Of a stretch of DNA of 64,000 bases, positions 37,609-46,760 are shown one piece after another (positions within the stretch are counted from its first letter, which is position 1; every line of letters begins with the position of its first letter). The DNA comes from an uncultured Clostridia bacterium (GTDB taxonomy: Bacteria; Bacillota; Clostridia; Oscillospirales; CAG-272), in contig CANRIL010000001.1 of the NCBI GenBank assembly GCA_947630625.1, forward strand, positions 113,574-177,573, given 5' to 3'. The position numbers were made by a program, and so were the translations under genes. Under the pieces are notes generated by a model. It was not told the DNA's origin, did not search any database, and was given only the letters and a program-made list of their open reading frames with translations.

Positions 37609-40600
37609 TTACTTTTCTACTTTGAGTAAAATTTTTGTTTTTGCGCCCGTCGGCATGAAGTTCACGCGTTCGCCGGCGCGAACCGTTTTTTCTATGATAT
37701 CAACTCCGTCAACGTTCGCGTCCCCGGCGTCATCTTCGCAGGTTGACGCAGCTCTGACGCATATCTCGACTTCGTGCTCGCCGGCGCGGACGCGGGCGTT
37801 AAATTCGGTGTCCCCGTAGGCGGTCACCGAAACCCCGCCGCGGTCAAGCTCGATGCCGAGATAATACTTCATCGTGATCCTGTAAAACCACGCGGCAGAC
37901 CCTGTATATCCGCTCCAGCCGCTTTTGCCCGTTATCCCGTCGCCGTAATAAATATCGGCGGTGAGAAAATACGGCTCCGAGGTGAATGCTCCGCCTATAC
38001 GCCCGCGCTCGTAAATGCTGACCGGGGAGATGGAGGCAAGCAGCCGCCTTCCCGTTTCCCTGTCGCCTATTGCAAAAAACGAGGCGGCGCACCAGACGGC
38101 GGCGTGCGTATACTGTCCTCCGTTTTCCCTTATCCCGGCGGGATACCGGCAGATATATCCGTGCACCTCCGTTTTGTCATACGACGGCGCGAAAAGCCTC
38201 AATATTCCCAGCTGCCCGTCATAAAGGTGTTTTAGGACGTTTTGAAGCGCTGTGCGTGAGCGCTCGCGGTCAGCGTCGGCAAATACGGAGAACGACTGCG
38301 GCAAAAGGTCGATTTTGCATTCGGAGCATTTCACAGAACCGAGAGGTTCCCCGTCGTCGTCAAACGCGCGGACATACCATCCGCCGTCCCACGCGGAAAC
38401 CTCCGCCGCGGACACAAGCGCATCGGCGTCGTACATGAGCCGTTCGGCAAGCATCGGGTCGATGCCGGCGCACGTCAGCATTTCGGAAAATCTGCGGTAT
38501 ACGACCGCAAAGAAGAACGCGAGCCAGACGCTCTCGCCGCGTCCGCGGACGCCGACCTCGTTCATGCCGTCGTTCCAGTCGCCTGAGCCGATCAGGGGCA
38601 GCCCGTGCTCACCTCTTTGAAGAGATGCGTTGATTGACGCGATACAGTGTTCAAGCACGGTCGCGCTGTAATCCGTGACACCCGCCGTCTCGTATCTGTC
38701 GCCCTCGTCATCCCTGAGCGGCGGCGAGGTGAGGGACGGCGTGCGCAATGAGAGTATATCCGCGTCCCCGGTCGCGAGCACGTATTCAGCCACTGCGTAT
38801 GGCAGCCACATATAATCGTCGCTGCATCGCGTCCGCAGCCCTCCGCCGTAGGGCGCGCCGTGCCACCAGTGCTGGACTCGTCCGTCCTCATACTGCCGCG
38901 CGCAGCAGCGAAGTATCTGCAATTTTGTAAGCGCGGGGCAGAAATAGAGCGCGGCAAGGCTGTCCTGAAGTTGATCTCTGTACCCGTAAGCGCCGCCCGA
39001 CTGATTATATCCCGACCTTGCGAGAATCCGTACAAACAGAGCCTGATACGCGGCGAAGTCAAGAATTCCCGAAAGAAAGCTGTCGCGGCTGCCGTCAAAG
39101 ACGTGTCTTTGCAGGATTTTATCGGCGCGGCGTCTGTATTTTTCAAACGATGCAAGGATAAAGTCAGATCGGCGGAATGTGTCGCGAATGTGGAATACGC
39201 ATTTTTCGCCCGCCGGAAAAGCCGCGACGGCAAATCCGCACTCGCCCGCTGAAAATGCGCACGGAACTCTCAACATGTCGCCGAGATTTTCTACGGAATC
39301 GTGTATTTCGTCGGACACGGCGAACAAAGAGACGCGCGCCGCGGCGTCCGACAAAAGCGACAGGATGCCGCCTGAATAGATCGACGGCGCGGACGGACAG
39401 AAATAAAGCGCCGCGCGGACGTGTTCCACTGCAATCTCCGTCTCCGGACGGATGCGGATGTGGTAGAGCTTTACGGGCAAAAGCGCATCGACGCCGACAC
39501 GCAGCTCATACGATATGCCGCCGACAGTGCCGCAGAAAAGACCGCAGTCCCTTCCCCACACGACCTTATCCGCCGAACGCGCAAGATCATACGTCACGCC
39601 GTCCGCCGTCAGGCATATCGTCTCGCCCGGCGTTCCAAGCAAAGGATCATTGTGGCGGCGGCTGACGGTTGACATCGCGGAGTTCGCGTACCAGCTGTAG
39701 CCGCAGGAAAGATTCGTAAGCAGCGTGCCGAAAACGGTGTTCGCGTATATCATCGAGTACGGCGATTCGTTATATCCGTTGGAAATCTCTGCCGCACCAG
39801 AAACGATTTCGCACGAAATACGATTGCTTGAGTGCGTATTATAAACTATTTCCGTGACCGCCGCCTTCTCCGGCTTGACGACCGTGAACGTATGCGACGT
39901 TCCGATATCGACGGTGCGGCAGGACAAAGCGATAAACAAAAGCTCGTCCTCCGGCGAAAGCGGTTCCCTGTCAAGGATGAAGATGCCGTTGTTTTTCCCG
40001 ATCAGCCGTTCCGAACCGCTCTCCTTCACCATCTGCCGCAGCTTTCCCGTACCGCGCGCGAAATATCCGGACGACGGCGCGATAAATACAATATCAAACC
40101 TCACGCCGGAAACAAAGAGGAATCGCTTTGCCGCGATCAGCTCCGATACCGCAAAAACGTCTGCTGATGACGTAAGCTCGCAGCAGAAGACCGTGACGAT
40201 CGGCAGATCTCCCGATATGCCGTACCGCCACAGAAAATCGCGCCTGTACCGCGGGCTGATGTTGTCTCCGCACTCGATGATTTTTACCGGGTCACGGCAT
40301 ACGGCTCCCGCAAGTTCCATAGCACATCTGACGGCAGCCATATCAGCGCCGGCGAGCGCCGACAAGGCGTTGAGATGCGTTTCCATTCCGATCCGAGCCT
40401 CATCCGCCGAAATAACCGTCTCGCCGTCAGAAGATAGAGAGACGCCGCATTTGCGCGGGCTCCCGGACGACATACCGGACACGACGGCCGCAAACACGGG
40501 ATGAACGCATGCTCCGTCCTTCACATTTTCATCGGCGGACTTGTCGAATATCTTCTTCACGTCCTCGAAATCATACCGAAACGGAAGGATCGTGTCCTTG

Positions 40601-43600
40601 CGCGTGTGTATGCGGACATTGTCACCGCGCGATGGTGTGACCCTGACCGTCAGCGCAGTCTTTTCTTCGGGCGCGGTCTTTCTTTCATATCTCACGGCAA
40701 AGTCGTCGATCATTTCCGAGGTAATGAACAGATCGGAATACGACGGCGCGCTCTCATACGACTGCCGCTTATTCATCACCGGGTCAAACATGAAAAGAAC
40801 GTCGTAGTTCCCGTCGATCCCCGAAACGGTCAGTTCGCACACGGCCGTCGGAGACGAATGGGCGACAGTCAATATGAGTTCGGTTTTGATGATGTGCTCG
40901 CCGAGCACGAATTCGTTCACATATGAGACGGCTGCGCCGTCTGTCGAAAACTGCACGCGCTGACCGGACGTACACGCAGCCACTGTGTCACCGACGCGAA
41001 GAAGCGCTGTAAATCCGGAGCATCCCCGAACAGCGGGCTGAGAAATCAGCGTCTGCCCGTCGTAAATCACAATTTCACCGGACTTTTTCGCGAATATCTT
41101 TTCCCTGCCGTTTGAAACGACGGCTGAATCTGAAACGATCGCGGTGCCGTCGATCTTCCCCGTTACAGGCACGTGCTCCTTCGCCCGTATCTCCGCCTTC
41201 TGCTCGGAAACTCTTCTGTTTATCCCGATGTTTTCAAACAGCATCGGCAGCGCCGCGCGGATCGACGGCTCACGGCAGAAGCGACTTCTGTTTATTCCCG
41301 AAAGGCAATAGTTTGCCGCTGATGTGATGCTCATCCCGATGTGGTGCGACATATATATCATCGCGACGCCGTATTCTTCCCCGACGCGGAAATCGGTCAT
41401 GTCAAGCGACTCGTAAAAGCCGTATTTGCCGTAAAGCCTGCCGTCGCGGTGGTCGGCGAGCACATATGCGGCGCTCGCGTCAAACTGCGAGAGCAGATAG
41501 AGCGAATAAGGCGCTATGACGTTGTCGTCCTTGATGTCGGGCGAGATCGCGAGCGAGTCGCAACCGTGCGCCTTATATGAATAGTTGACGCTGTCGTCAA
41601 AATCGTAAAACGACGATTCAGACCTGCCGTAAATTCGTTTCCCGTCGAATAAAACGGGGTCGCCGCTCTGGAAAAAGTTCGCTGCGGCGAGCGCTTCATA
41701 CCTCGCTGTTCCGGGGACTGCCGGAAGAAAAATCGCGGGCATGAAATATTCAAACGCGCTTCCGCTCCAGGATAGCATCGCCTCTATCCCAACCTCGTCG
41801 CTGTACACACGTCCGAGTGAGGCAAGGTGTTCGCCAGGGACTTGTCCCGTCGCCGCCGTATAAAAGCTTGTCGTCAATATCTCTCCGGCGTAGAGGTCGT
41901 ATACGTTTTTGTCGTATTCCTTTGCGGCTGAATTGTAGCCGATATAGAATAGACCGCGCCGCTTGTTGTAAAGCGCCGAGAAATCGGCGTCCCCGATCAG
42001 CTCAGTTATCTGTTCCGTCAGCTCTTCCGCGCCTCCGTATTCGAGCAGCGCGTTTTTCACCGTAAGGAGGCAAACGATGAAATTCCCGCTGTCGACCGTT
42101 GAAACATACGCCGGATAAAGCACTTCAAGCGAGCGGATATCGTACCAGTTATATAAATGCCCGTGCCATTTTTCAAGATGCGATACAGTCTCAAGAGTGT
42201 CTTTGATCCGCGACTTCATCTCCTGATACGGAATAAACCCGAGATCGTATGCGTTTACGGTCGACAGCATGTATAGACCTATATTTGTCGGCGAGGTGCG
42301 CTCCGCGACCTTTGACTCGGGCTGCAGCGTTACATTGTCTGGCGGGAGAAAATGATATTTCTTTTTTACATTGTCAGCGAAAAAGCGCCACATACGCTCG
42401 GCATCGAGCATTATGCCCGCCCGGCTCTCCTCGTCTCCCGTGTCAATGTGACGCGCGGCGGCAGAGCTGCAAAGCCTGTGTGTTAAGATCGGGAACAAAA
42501 ACCAGAAGACACCGTAGACGGGCAGTATAAGCCTGCATATGCCGTCCGAGATCAAAACAGACGCGAGCGCGAGAGCCCCCGCAAGCAGCGTTATCCACAT
42601 GCGCCGGACATATGAAAGCGCGCTCCCCGTATTCTCCATGTCGGATGACGCTGCCGTTTTCCATTCAAGGAGCTTCCGCTTTGAAAATTTCATTCTGTAA
42701 AACGCGCGGTAAACGCCGTCCGCGGAGTTTGCTGCAATATCGACCGCCGACGAGAGCCCGAACCAGACTTCAAACAGCGCAGCCTCGTAATAATTCGGGA
42801 CGCCTGAAAAATACCGCCTCCAGGGAATGCGATACGAACCTATAACGAGTGTCGCCGCCTTGAAAATGTGGTCTGATACGGACAGAAGATAGATCAGAAC
42901 GCCGAGCGGCGTCGAGCCGATAAGCGAGAGCAGGATCGCTGCCGGACGAATTATCGAGGTCAGCGCGGACATGACCGGCTCGAACATTATGAGCCTGTCG
43001 GTTATCCCGACGGGATTTTTGTATTTTTCCCCGGTCTGCGACGGTATCCCCAGCCGCAAAAGGCACGTCGCCTGTACGTCGCCGCGTATCCATCTATGAG
43101 CGCGCGAGCGCTCGCGAAGATAATCGCGCGGCACCCCGTCGTATACGCGAAGGTCGGACGCGTGTCCGCAGCGCAGCCGTATTCCTTCCGCCGTGTCGTG
43201 GCTGAGGATACGCTCGTTCGGGAACGCGCCGTATATCGTCTTCATATACGCGTCGACCGATATAAGTCCCTTGCCGCAAAATGAACCGGTGCCGAACAGA
43301 TACGAATAGACTGAAAAAGACGATCTTTCATATTCGCTTCTGCCGCCGTATGCGTATCTATATGAGGTGTACCGGCAGCGCCGGTCGGCGTCACTCAGCG
43401 AAACATGCGCCTCCGGCGCTATGACGCCGTAGCCGTCCGACACTATTGGGTATCCGCTGCTTCGCGAAATCGTCGGCGCGCAGCACGGGTGAAGCGCCGT
43501 TGCGATAAGTTTTTTTATGTCGGAATAAAGAATTTCGGTGTCCGCGTCAAGCGCGAGCACGTATTTATATCCTGTTGGCTCCCCGCCGTGTACGGACAGA

Positions 43601-44871
43601 TTCGTTTTTTCGCCGCTGAGAAGCGAGAACAACTCCGCCTGCGCGCCGCGCTTTCGCTCAGCGCCTATATAGCGCCGCTCGCTTTCAGACCACGTGCGCC
43701 CGCGCCAGAATAGATACGCTTCCCCGCCGCCCTTGTTTATTTCATCGATGCGGCTGACCGCGTACCTGATTATGTCATCATCTCCGTCAGCCGCCTCCGT
43801 ATCCGCGTCCGGCAGGTCGGCAAGAACGGCAAAGCCGAGGCAGTCGCTCCTGTACGCCTTCGCGTATGTCGCGAGCCTGTCAAAGACGGCTCTGTCGCCG
43901 CCTTTGCCGGAGAGGGACACCGTGTAGACGAGCATTGTTTTCCCTTCCGGCGGGATCACATCGAGCGAGAGGCGCGGCAGGATGTCCGGAACGTCCGCGC
44001 GCGAGTATATCCATTCAAGCAGCAGCTTCAAAAACGCCCGCATCGGCAGATACGACGCGAGCGCGCCGAAAAACAGCGCCGTTCTGTCGCTGCCGTAAGC
44101 GACGGCGGCGAGTGCCGCCGCCGTCAGTGCCGGTACGATATAAAGCGTCGGGAAATAGAGCGCCGCCGCCATGCCGTGGCGCGAATATTTCATTATGTGC
44201 CAGCCGACGTGCCGCGCTTTGCTGCCCGGCTCCGATTCTTCGGCATTTTTTAAAATCAGCTTTGATGTCTCGTATTCTCCCATGTGGAAGCGGCGGCTGA
44301 TCTCCGCCAGTTTGCGCCTGTACATGCTTTTGGTGTCGCTGTCGCAGCGCACATACACTCCCGCCGGGTCGCGGATGAGCACGGATTCCGAATATGACAC
44401 GGTTTCATATATATGCTCAAAATCTATGTCGCGCAGCCCGAATATAAGCCGGACGGCGTCTCCGACGCGGAAGAGCGTCCCTGCGCGTATTCCCTCGGCG
44501 ATCATATCAACGGCGACGAGATGAAAATATACGCGCAGGTAAAATAACTCGCCGACTGTCAGATATGAATGTTCGCGCTGATAGTCGTTTATCCTCGATA
44601 TAAGCCCGGCTTCATCCAATGTAAAGACGCACTCCTCCGTTATGCGGCGGCAAAGCTCCATGATGCGCGGCTCGCCGTGCTCCGTCGGCAGCGATTTTAC
44701 TTCCTTAAGCGTCGATATCGCGGATTCAGTCAGCTTTATAATAAGGAGCCTGTTTTCAAAAAGCCATCGTTCATCGGGAGCGGATGAGAATGACAGCGGC
44801 GACGCGCGCCTTATCGCCGACAGATTTCCCCTTACTCTTCTTTTCAGCTTTAAAACGGCAGATGAACTCAT
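37609..44871 (-). CDS. cyclic beta-1,2-glucan synthase-like protein (GT84 + transglycosylase domain + GH94 phosphorylase; NdvB/Cgs family)
   Basis: LDADT, ILSHD, HRWIRGD; PPDN, RTSPTNIG, YVSTVDSGN, SWSGSAFEYFMP; QSGGAYGYRDQLQD, GDWNDGMN, RENGGQYTHAA. Confidence 0.88.
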   Translation of the reverse strand: MSSSAVLKLKRRVRGNLSAIRRASPLSFSSAPDERWLFENRLLIIKLTESAISTLKEVKSLPTEHGEPRIMELCRRITEECVFTLDEAGLISRINDYQREHSYLTVGELFYLRVYFHLVAVDMIAEGIRAGTLFRVGDAVRLIFGLRDIDFEHIYETVSYSESVLIRDPAGVYVRCDSDTKSMYRRKLAEISRRFHMGEYETSKLILKNAEESEPGSKARHVGWHIMKYSRHGMAAALYFPTLYIVPALTAAALAAVAYGSDRTALFFGALASYLPMRAFLKLLLEWIYSRADVPDILPRLSLDVIPPEGKTMLVYTVSLSGKGGDRAVFDRLATYAKAYRSDCLGFAVLADLPDADTEAADGDDDIIRYAVSRIDEINKGGGEAYLFWRGRTWSESERRYIGAERKRGAQAELFSLLSGEKTNLSVHGGEPTGYKYVLALDADTEILYSDIKKLIATALHPCCAPTISRSSGYPIVSDGYGVIAPEAHVSLSDADRRCRYTSYRYAYGGRSEYERSSFSVYSYLFGTGSFCGKGLISVDAYMKTIYGAFPNERILSHDTAEGIRLRCGHASDLRVYDGVPRDYLRERSRAHRWIRGDVQATCLLRLGIPSQTGEKYKNPVGITDRLIMFEPVMSALTSIIRPAAILLSLIGSTPLGVLIYLLSVSDHIFKAATLVIGSYRIPWRRYFSGVPNYYEAALFEVWFGLSSAVDIAANSADGVYRAFYRMKFSKRKLLEWKTAASSDMENTGSALSYVRRMWITLLAGALALASVLISDGICRLILPVYGVFWFLFPILTHRLCSSAAARHIDTGDEESRAGIMLDAERMWRFFADNVKKKYHFLPPDNVTLQPESKVAERTSPTNIGLYMLSTVNAYDLGFIPYQEMKSRIKDTLETVSHLEKWHGHLYNWYDIRSLEVLYPAYVSTVDSGNFIVCLLTVKNALLEYGGAEELTEQITELIGDADFSALYNKRRGLFYIGYNSAAKEYDKNVYDLYAGEILTTSFYTAATGQVPGEHLASLGRVYSDEVGIEAMLSWSGSAFEYFMPAIFLPAVPGTARYEALAAANFFQSGDPVLFDGKRIYGRSESSFYDFDDSVNYSYKAHGCDSLAISPDIKDDNVIAPYSLYLLSQFDASAAYVLADHRDGRLYGKYGFYESLDMTDFRVGEEYGVAMIYMSHHIGMSITSAANYCLSGINRSRFCREPSIRAALPMLFENIGINRRVSEQKAEIRAKEHVPVTGKIDGTAIVSDSAVVSNGREKIFAKKSGEIVIYDGQTLISQPAVRGCSGFTALLRVGDTVAACTSGQRVQFSTDGAAVSYVNEFVLGEHIIKTELILTVAHSSPTAVCELTVSGIDGNYDVLFMFDPVMNKRQSYESAPSYSDLFITSEMIDDFAVRYERKTAPEEKTALTVRVTPSRGDNVRIHTRKDTILPFRYDFEDVKKIFDKSADENVKDGACVHPVFAAVVSGMSSGSPRKCGVSLSSDGETVISADEARIGMETHLNALSALAGADMAAVRCAMELAGAVCRDPVKIIECGDNISPRYRRDFLWRYGISGDLPIVTVFCCELTSSADVFAVSELIAAKRFLFVSGVRFDIVFIAPSSGYFARGTGKLRQMVKESGSERLIGKNNGIFILDREPLSPEDELLFIALSCRTVDIGTSHTFTVVKPEKAAVTEIVYNTHSSNRISCEIVSGAAEISNGYNESPYSMIYANTVFGTLLTNLSCGYSWYANSAMSTVSRRHNDPLLGTPGETICLTADGVTYDLARSADKVVWGRDCGLFCGTVGGISYELRVGVDALLPVKLYHIRIRPETEIAVEHVRAALYFCPSAPSIYSGGILSLLSDAAARVSLFAVSDEIHDSVENLGDMLRVPCAFSAGECGFAVAAFPAGEKCVFHIRDTFRRSDFILASFEKYRRRADKILQRHVFDGSRDSFLSGILDFAAYQALFVRILARSGYNQSGGAYGYRDQLQDSLAALYFCPALTKLQILRCCARQYEDGRVQHWWHGAPYGGGLRTRCSDDYMWLPYAVAEYVLATGDADILSLRTPSLTSPPLRDDEGDRYETAGVTDYSATVLEHCIASINASLQRGEHGLPLIGSGDWNDGMNEVGVRGRGESVWLAFFFAVVYRRFSEMLTCAGIDPMLAERLMYDADALVSAAEVSAWDGGWYVRAFDDDGEPLGSVKCSECKIDLLPQSFSVFADADRERSRTALQNVLKHLYDGQLGILRLFAPSYDKTEVHGYICRYPAGIRENGGQYTHAAVWCAASFFAIGDRETGRRLLASISPVSIYERGRIGGAFTSEPYFLTADIYYGDGITGKSGWSGYTGSAAWFYRITMKYYLGIELDRGGVSVTAYGDTEFNARVRAGEHEVEICVRAASTCEDDAGDANVDGVDIIEKTVRAGERVNFMPTGAKTKILLKVEK

Positions 44872-44946
44872 AATAACTCCAGTGTGATGTAATATTTATA
44901 TTATCATCCACATACTGGCGGTTTATTCATGCGCGTCAGACGCGCG

Positions 44947-44980
44947 AAAAAGGGCTCCCGCCAACCGGGAGCCCCAATAA
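44947..44980 (-). terminator. prfB terminator
   Basis: Minus strand GGGCTCCCG-loop-CGGGAGCCC followed by TTTT. Confidence 0.75.
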
Positions 44981-44986
44981 ATTCGA

Positions 44987-46102
44987 TTATTTTCCGCCTG
45001 CCGCTTTCCATTTGAGATAAGCGTTGATGAATCCGTCAATATCGCCGTCCATCACGGCCTGGATGTTGCCGTCCTCGTATCCGGTGCGCGTGTCCTTCGC
45101 GAGCGTGTACGGCATGAAGACGTATGAACGGATCTGAGCGCCCCATTCGATGTTCGTTTTAACGCCCTGTATATCTTCGACGCGCTCAAGATGTTCGCGT
45201 TCCTTTATTTCGAGAAGCTTTGCCTTCAGCATTTTGAGCGCCGTTTCCTTGTTCTGAAGCTGGCTGCGCTCAGTCTGACAGCCGACGACGATGCCGGTCG
45301 GCTTGTGTACGATCCTTATTGCAGATTCGGTTTTGTTGATGTGCTGTCCGCCCGCGCCGCTCGACTTGTGCGTTGTGATCTCAAGGTCGGCTTCGTTGAT
45401 CTCGATCGAGCCGTCGTCGGTAAATTCGGGCATGACCTCGACAGAGGCGAACGAGGTGTGCCGCCTGCCCGACGCGTCGAACGGGGACACACGGACGAGG
45501 CGGTGTACGCCGTTTTCGCTCTTGAGGTAGCCGTAGGCGTTAAGTCCCTCTATCATGATCGTCGCGCTCTTGAGTCCGGCTTCTTCGCCGTCAAGCCAGT
45601 CGATGAGCTTTACATTATATCCGTGACGCTCGCCCCAGCGCGTATACATGCGGTAGAGCATGAGCGCCCAGTCCTGCGCCTCGGTCCCGCCCGCGCCCGG
45701 ATGGAATGAGAGGATCGCGTTGTTCGCGTCGTACTCGCCGGACAAAAGAACTTCTATGCGCATCCTGTCCTCGTCGCTTTCAATCGCCGCCGCCTCGGAC
45801 GTGATCTCGTCTATCATCGACTCGTCGTTTTCCTCGATAGCCATTTCCGCCATCATGATCGCGTCTTCAAGCCGCTGGCACAGCGTCTCATATTCCGCGA
45901 CCTTGTCCTTGAGCTGCTTGATCTCTTTCAGAACGCGGCTCGAATTTGCCTGATCAGACCAGAAATTATCCGCATAAGTCTGCGCCTCAAGCTCCGCTAT
46001 ACGTTCCTTCACGCTGTCAATGCGGAGCGCCGAACCGAGATCTCTGACAGGCTCTCTCATCGAGATGAGCTTGTATTTTGCTTCTTCAAGTGCTATTATC
46101 AA
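44987..46102 (-). CDS. prfB: peptide chain release factor 2 (single uninterrupted ORF)
   Basis: GAGGTEAQDW, SPF specificity motif, GAGGQ; TTG start with SD GGAGG. Confidence 0.96.
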   Translation of the reverse strand: MIIALEEAKYKLISMREPVRDLGSALRIDSVKERIAELEAQTYADNFWSDQANSSRVLKEIKQLKDKVAEYETLCQRLEDAIMMAEMAIEENDESMIDEITSEAAAIESDEDRMRIEVLLSGEYDANNAILSFHPGAGGTEAQDWALMLYRMYTRWGERHGYNVKLIDWLDGEEAGLKSATIMIEGLNAYGYLKSENGVHRLVRVSPFDASGRRHTSFASVEVMPEFTDDGSIEINEADLEITTHKSSGAGGQHINKTESAIRIVHKPTGIVVGCQTERSQLQNKETALKMLKAKLLEIKEREHLERVEDIQGVKTNIEWGAQIRSYVFMPYTLAKDTRTGYEDGNIQAVMDGDIDGFINAYLKWKAAGGK

Positions 46103-46159
46103 AACCGTTACCTCCGGGCGTTAAAATATTTCGTCCGTATTTTTACTATAATTTATGCC

Positions 46160-46291
46160 GTTTGACTTCCCTTGTGTGCGGCGGAGCCGAAAGCTGTGCT
46201 TGAGGGGATCAAAATCTGATGATTTCGATTGAACGCAAGTTCAATCGCCGCCGCGCAGCGGCGAGCATCGGCGGAGCCGATGCAAATCATC
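46160..46291. other. multi-hairpin element including a perfect four-way junction
   Basis: GATGATTT/AAATCATC encloses CGATTGAAC-GCAA-GTTCAATCG, CGCCGC-GCA-GCGGCG and GCATCGGC-GGA-GCCGATGC. Confidence 0.7.
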
Positions 46292-46300
46292 CGTAATCTT

Positions 46301-46605
46301 TTTGGGATTTAAATGGCAAATCCGTGAAGATATTATACCACGAAGCAAAAATGCTTGCTTGCAAGGGCATTTTTGCGAGGCCGTCAATGCCGAGTCTGCG
46401 GCGAAGCCGCAGCAAAAGCGCGTAAGACGCGCTTTTGGGATTTGCAAAGCAAATCCACGAGGACATTATACCACGAAGCAAAAATGCTTGCTTGCAAGGG
46501 CATTTTTGCGAGGCCGTCAATATTGAACCTGCGGCGCAAGCCGCAGCAAAAGCGCGCGCAAGCGCGCATTTGGGATTTACGAAGTAAATCCGTGAAAATA
46601 TTATA
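46301..46605. repeat. tandem repeat, about 2.3 units of 133-135 bp built from short palindromes
   Basis: Units start at 46301, 46434 and 46569; 57-bp identical core at 46332-46388 and 46465-46521. Confidence 0.9.
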
Positions 46606-46628
46606 ACATGATGAGATAATTTTGTAAA
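46600..46628 (-). promoter_or_regulatory. probable sigma-A promoter facing prfB
   Basis: Minus strand TTTACA-N17-TATAAT. Confidence 0.6.
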
Positions 46629-46689
46629 GTGCTTTTCTGACTATGCCGATCTTGTGAGAAAATAAAAAACATTAAAATTCGAATGCGGC

Positions 46690-46718
46690 TTGACATTGCG
46701 GGCGTTTTTGTTTAAAAT
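46690..46718 (+). promoter_or_regulatory. sigma-A promoter of the GH127 gene
   Basis: TTGACA-N17-TAAAAT. Confidence 0.7.
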
Positions 46719-46760
46719 CAAACCGTAAAGTCTATATACTTCTGAAAGGATGGAGGAAAT

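Noticed and set aside
46301-46605. CRISPR array
   Set aside because: Only about 2.3 units, the 57-bp core is too long, inter-core segments are homologous to each other rather than unique spacers, and no cas genes are in the window
46241-46606. Short ORFs over the tandem repeat
   Set aside because: They arise in several frames on both strands from the repeat itself and show no RBS or protein-like features
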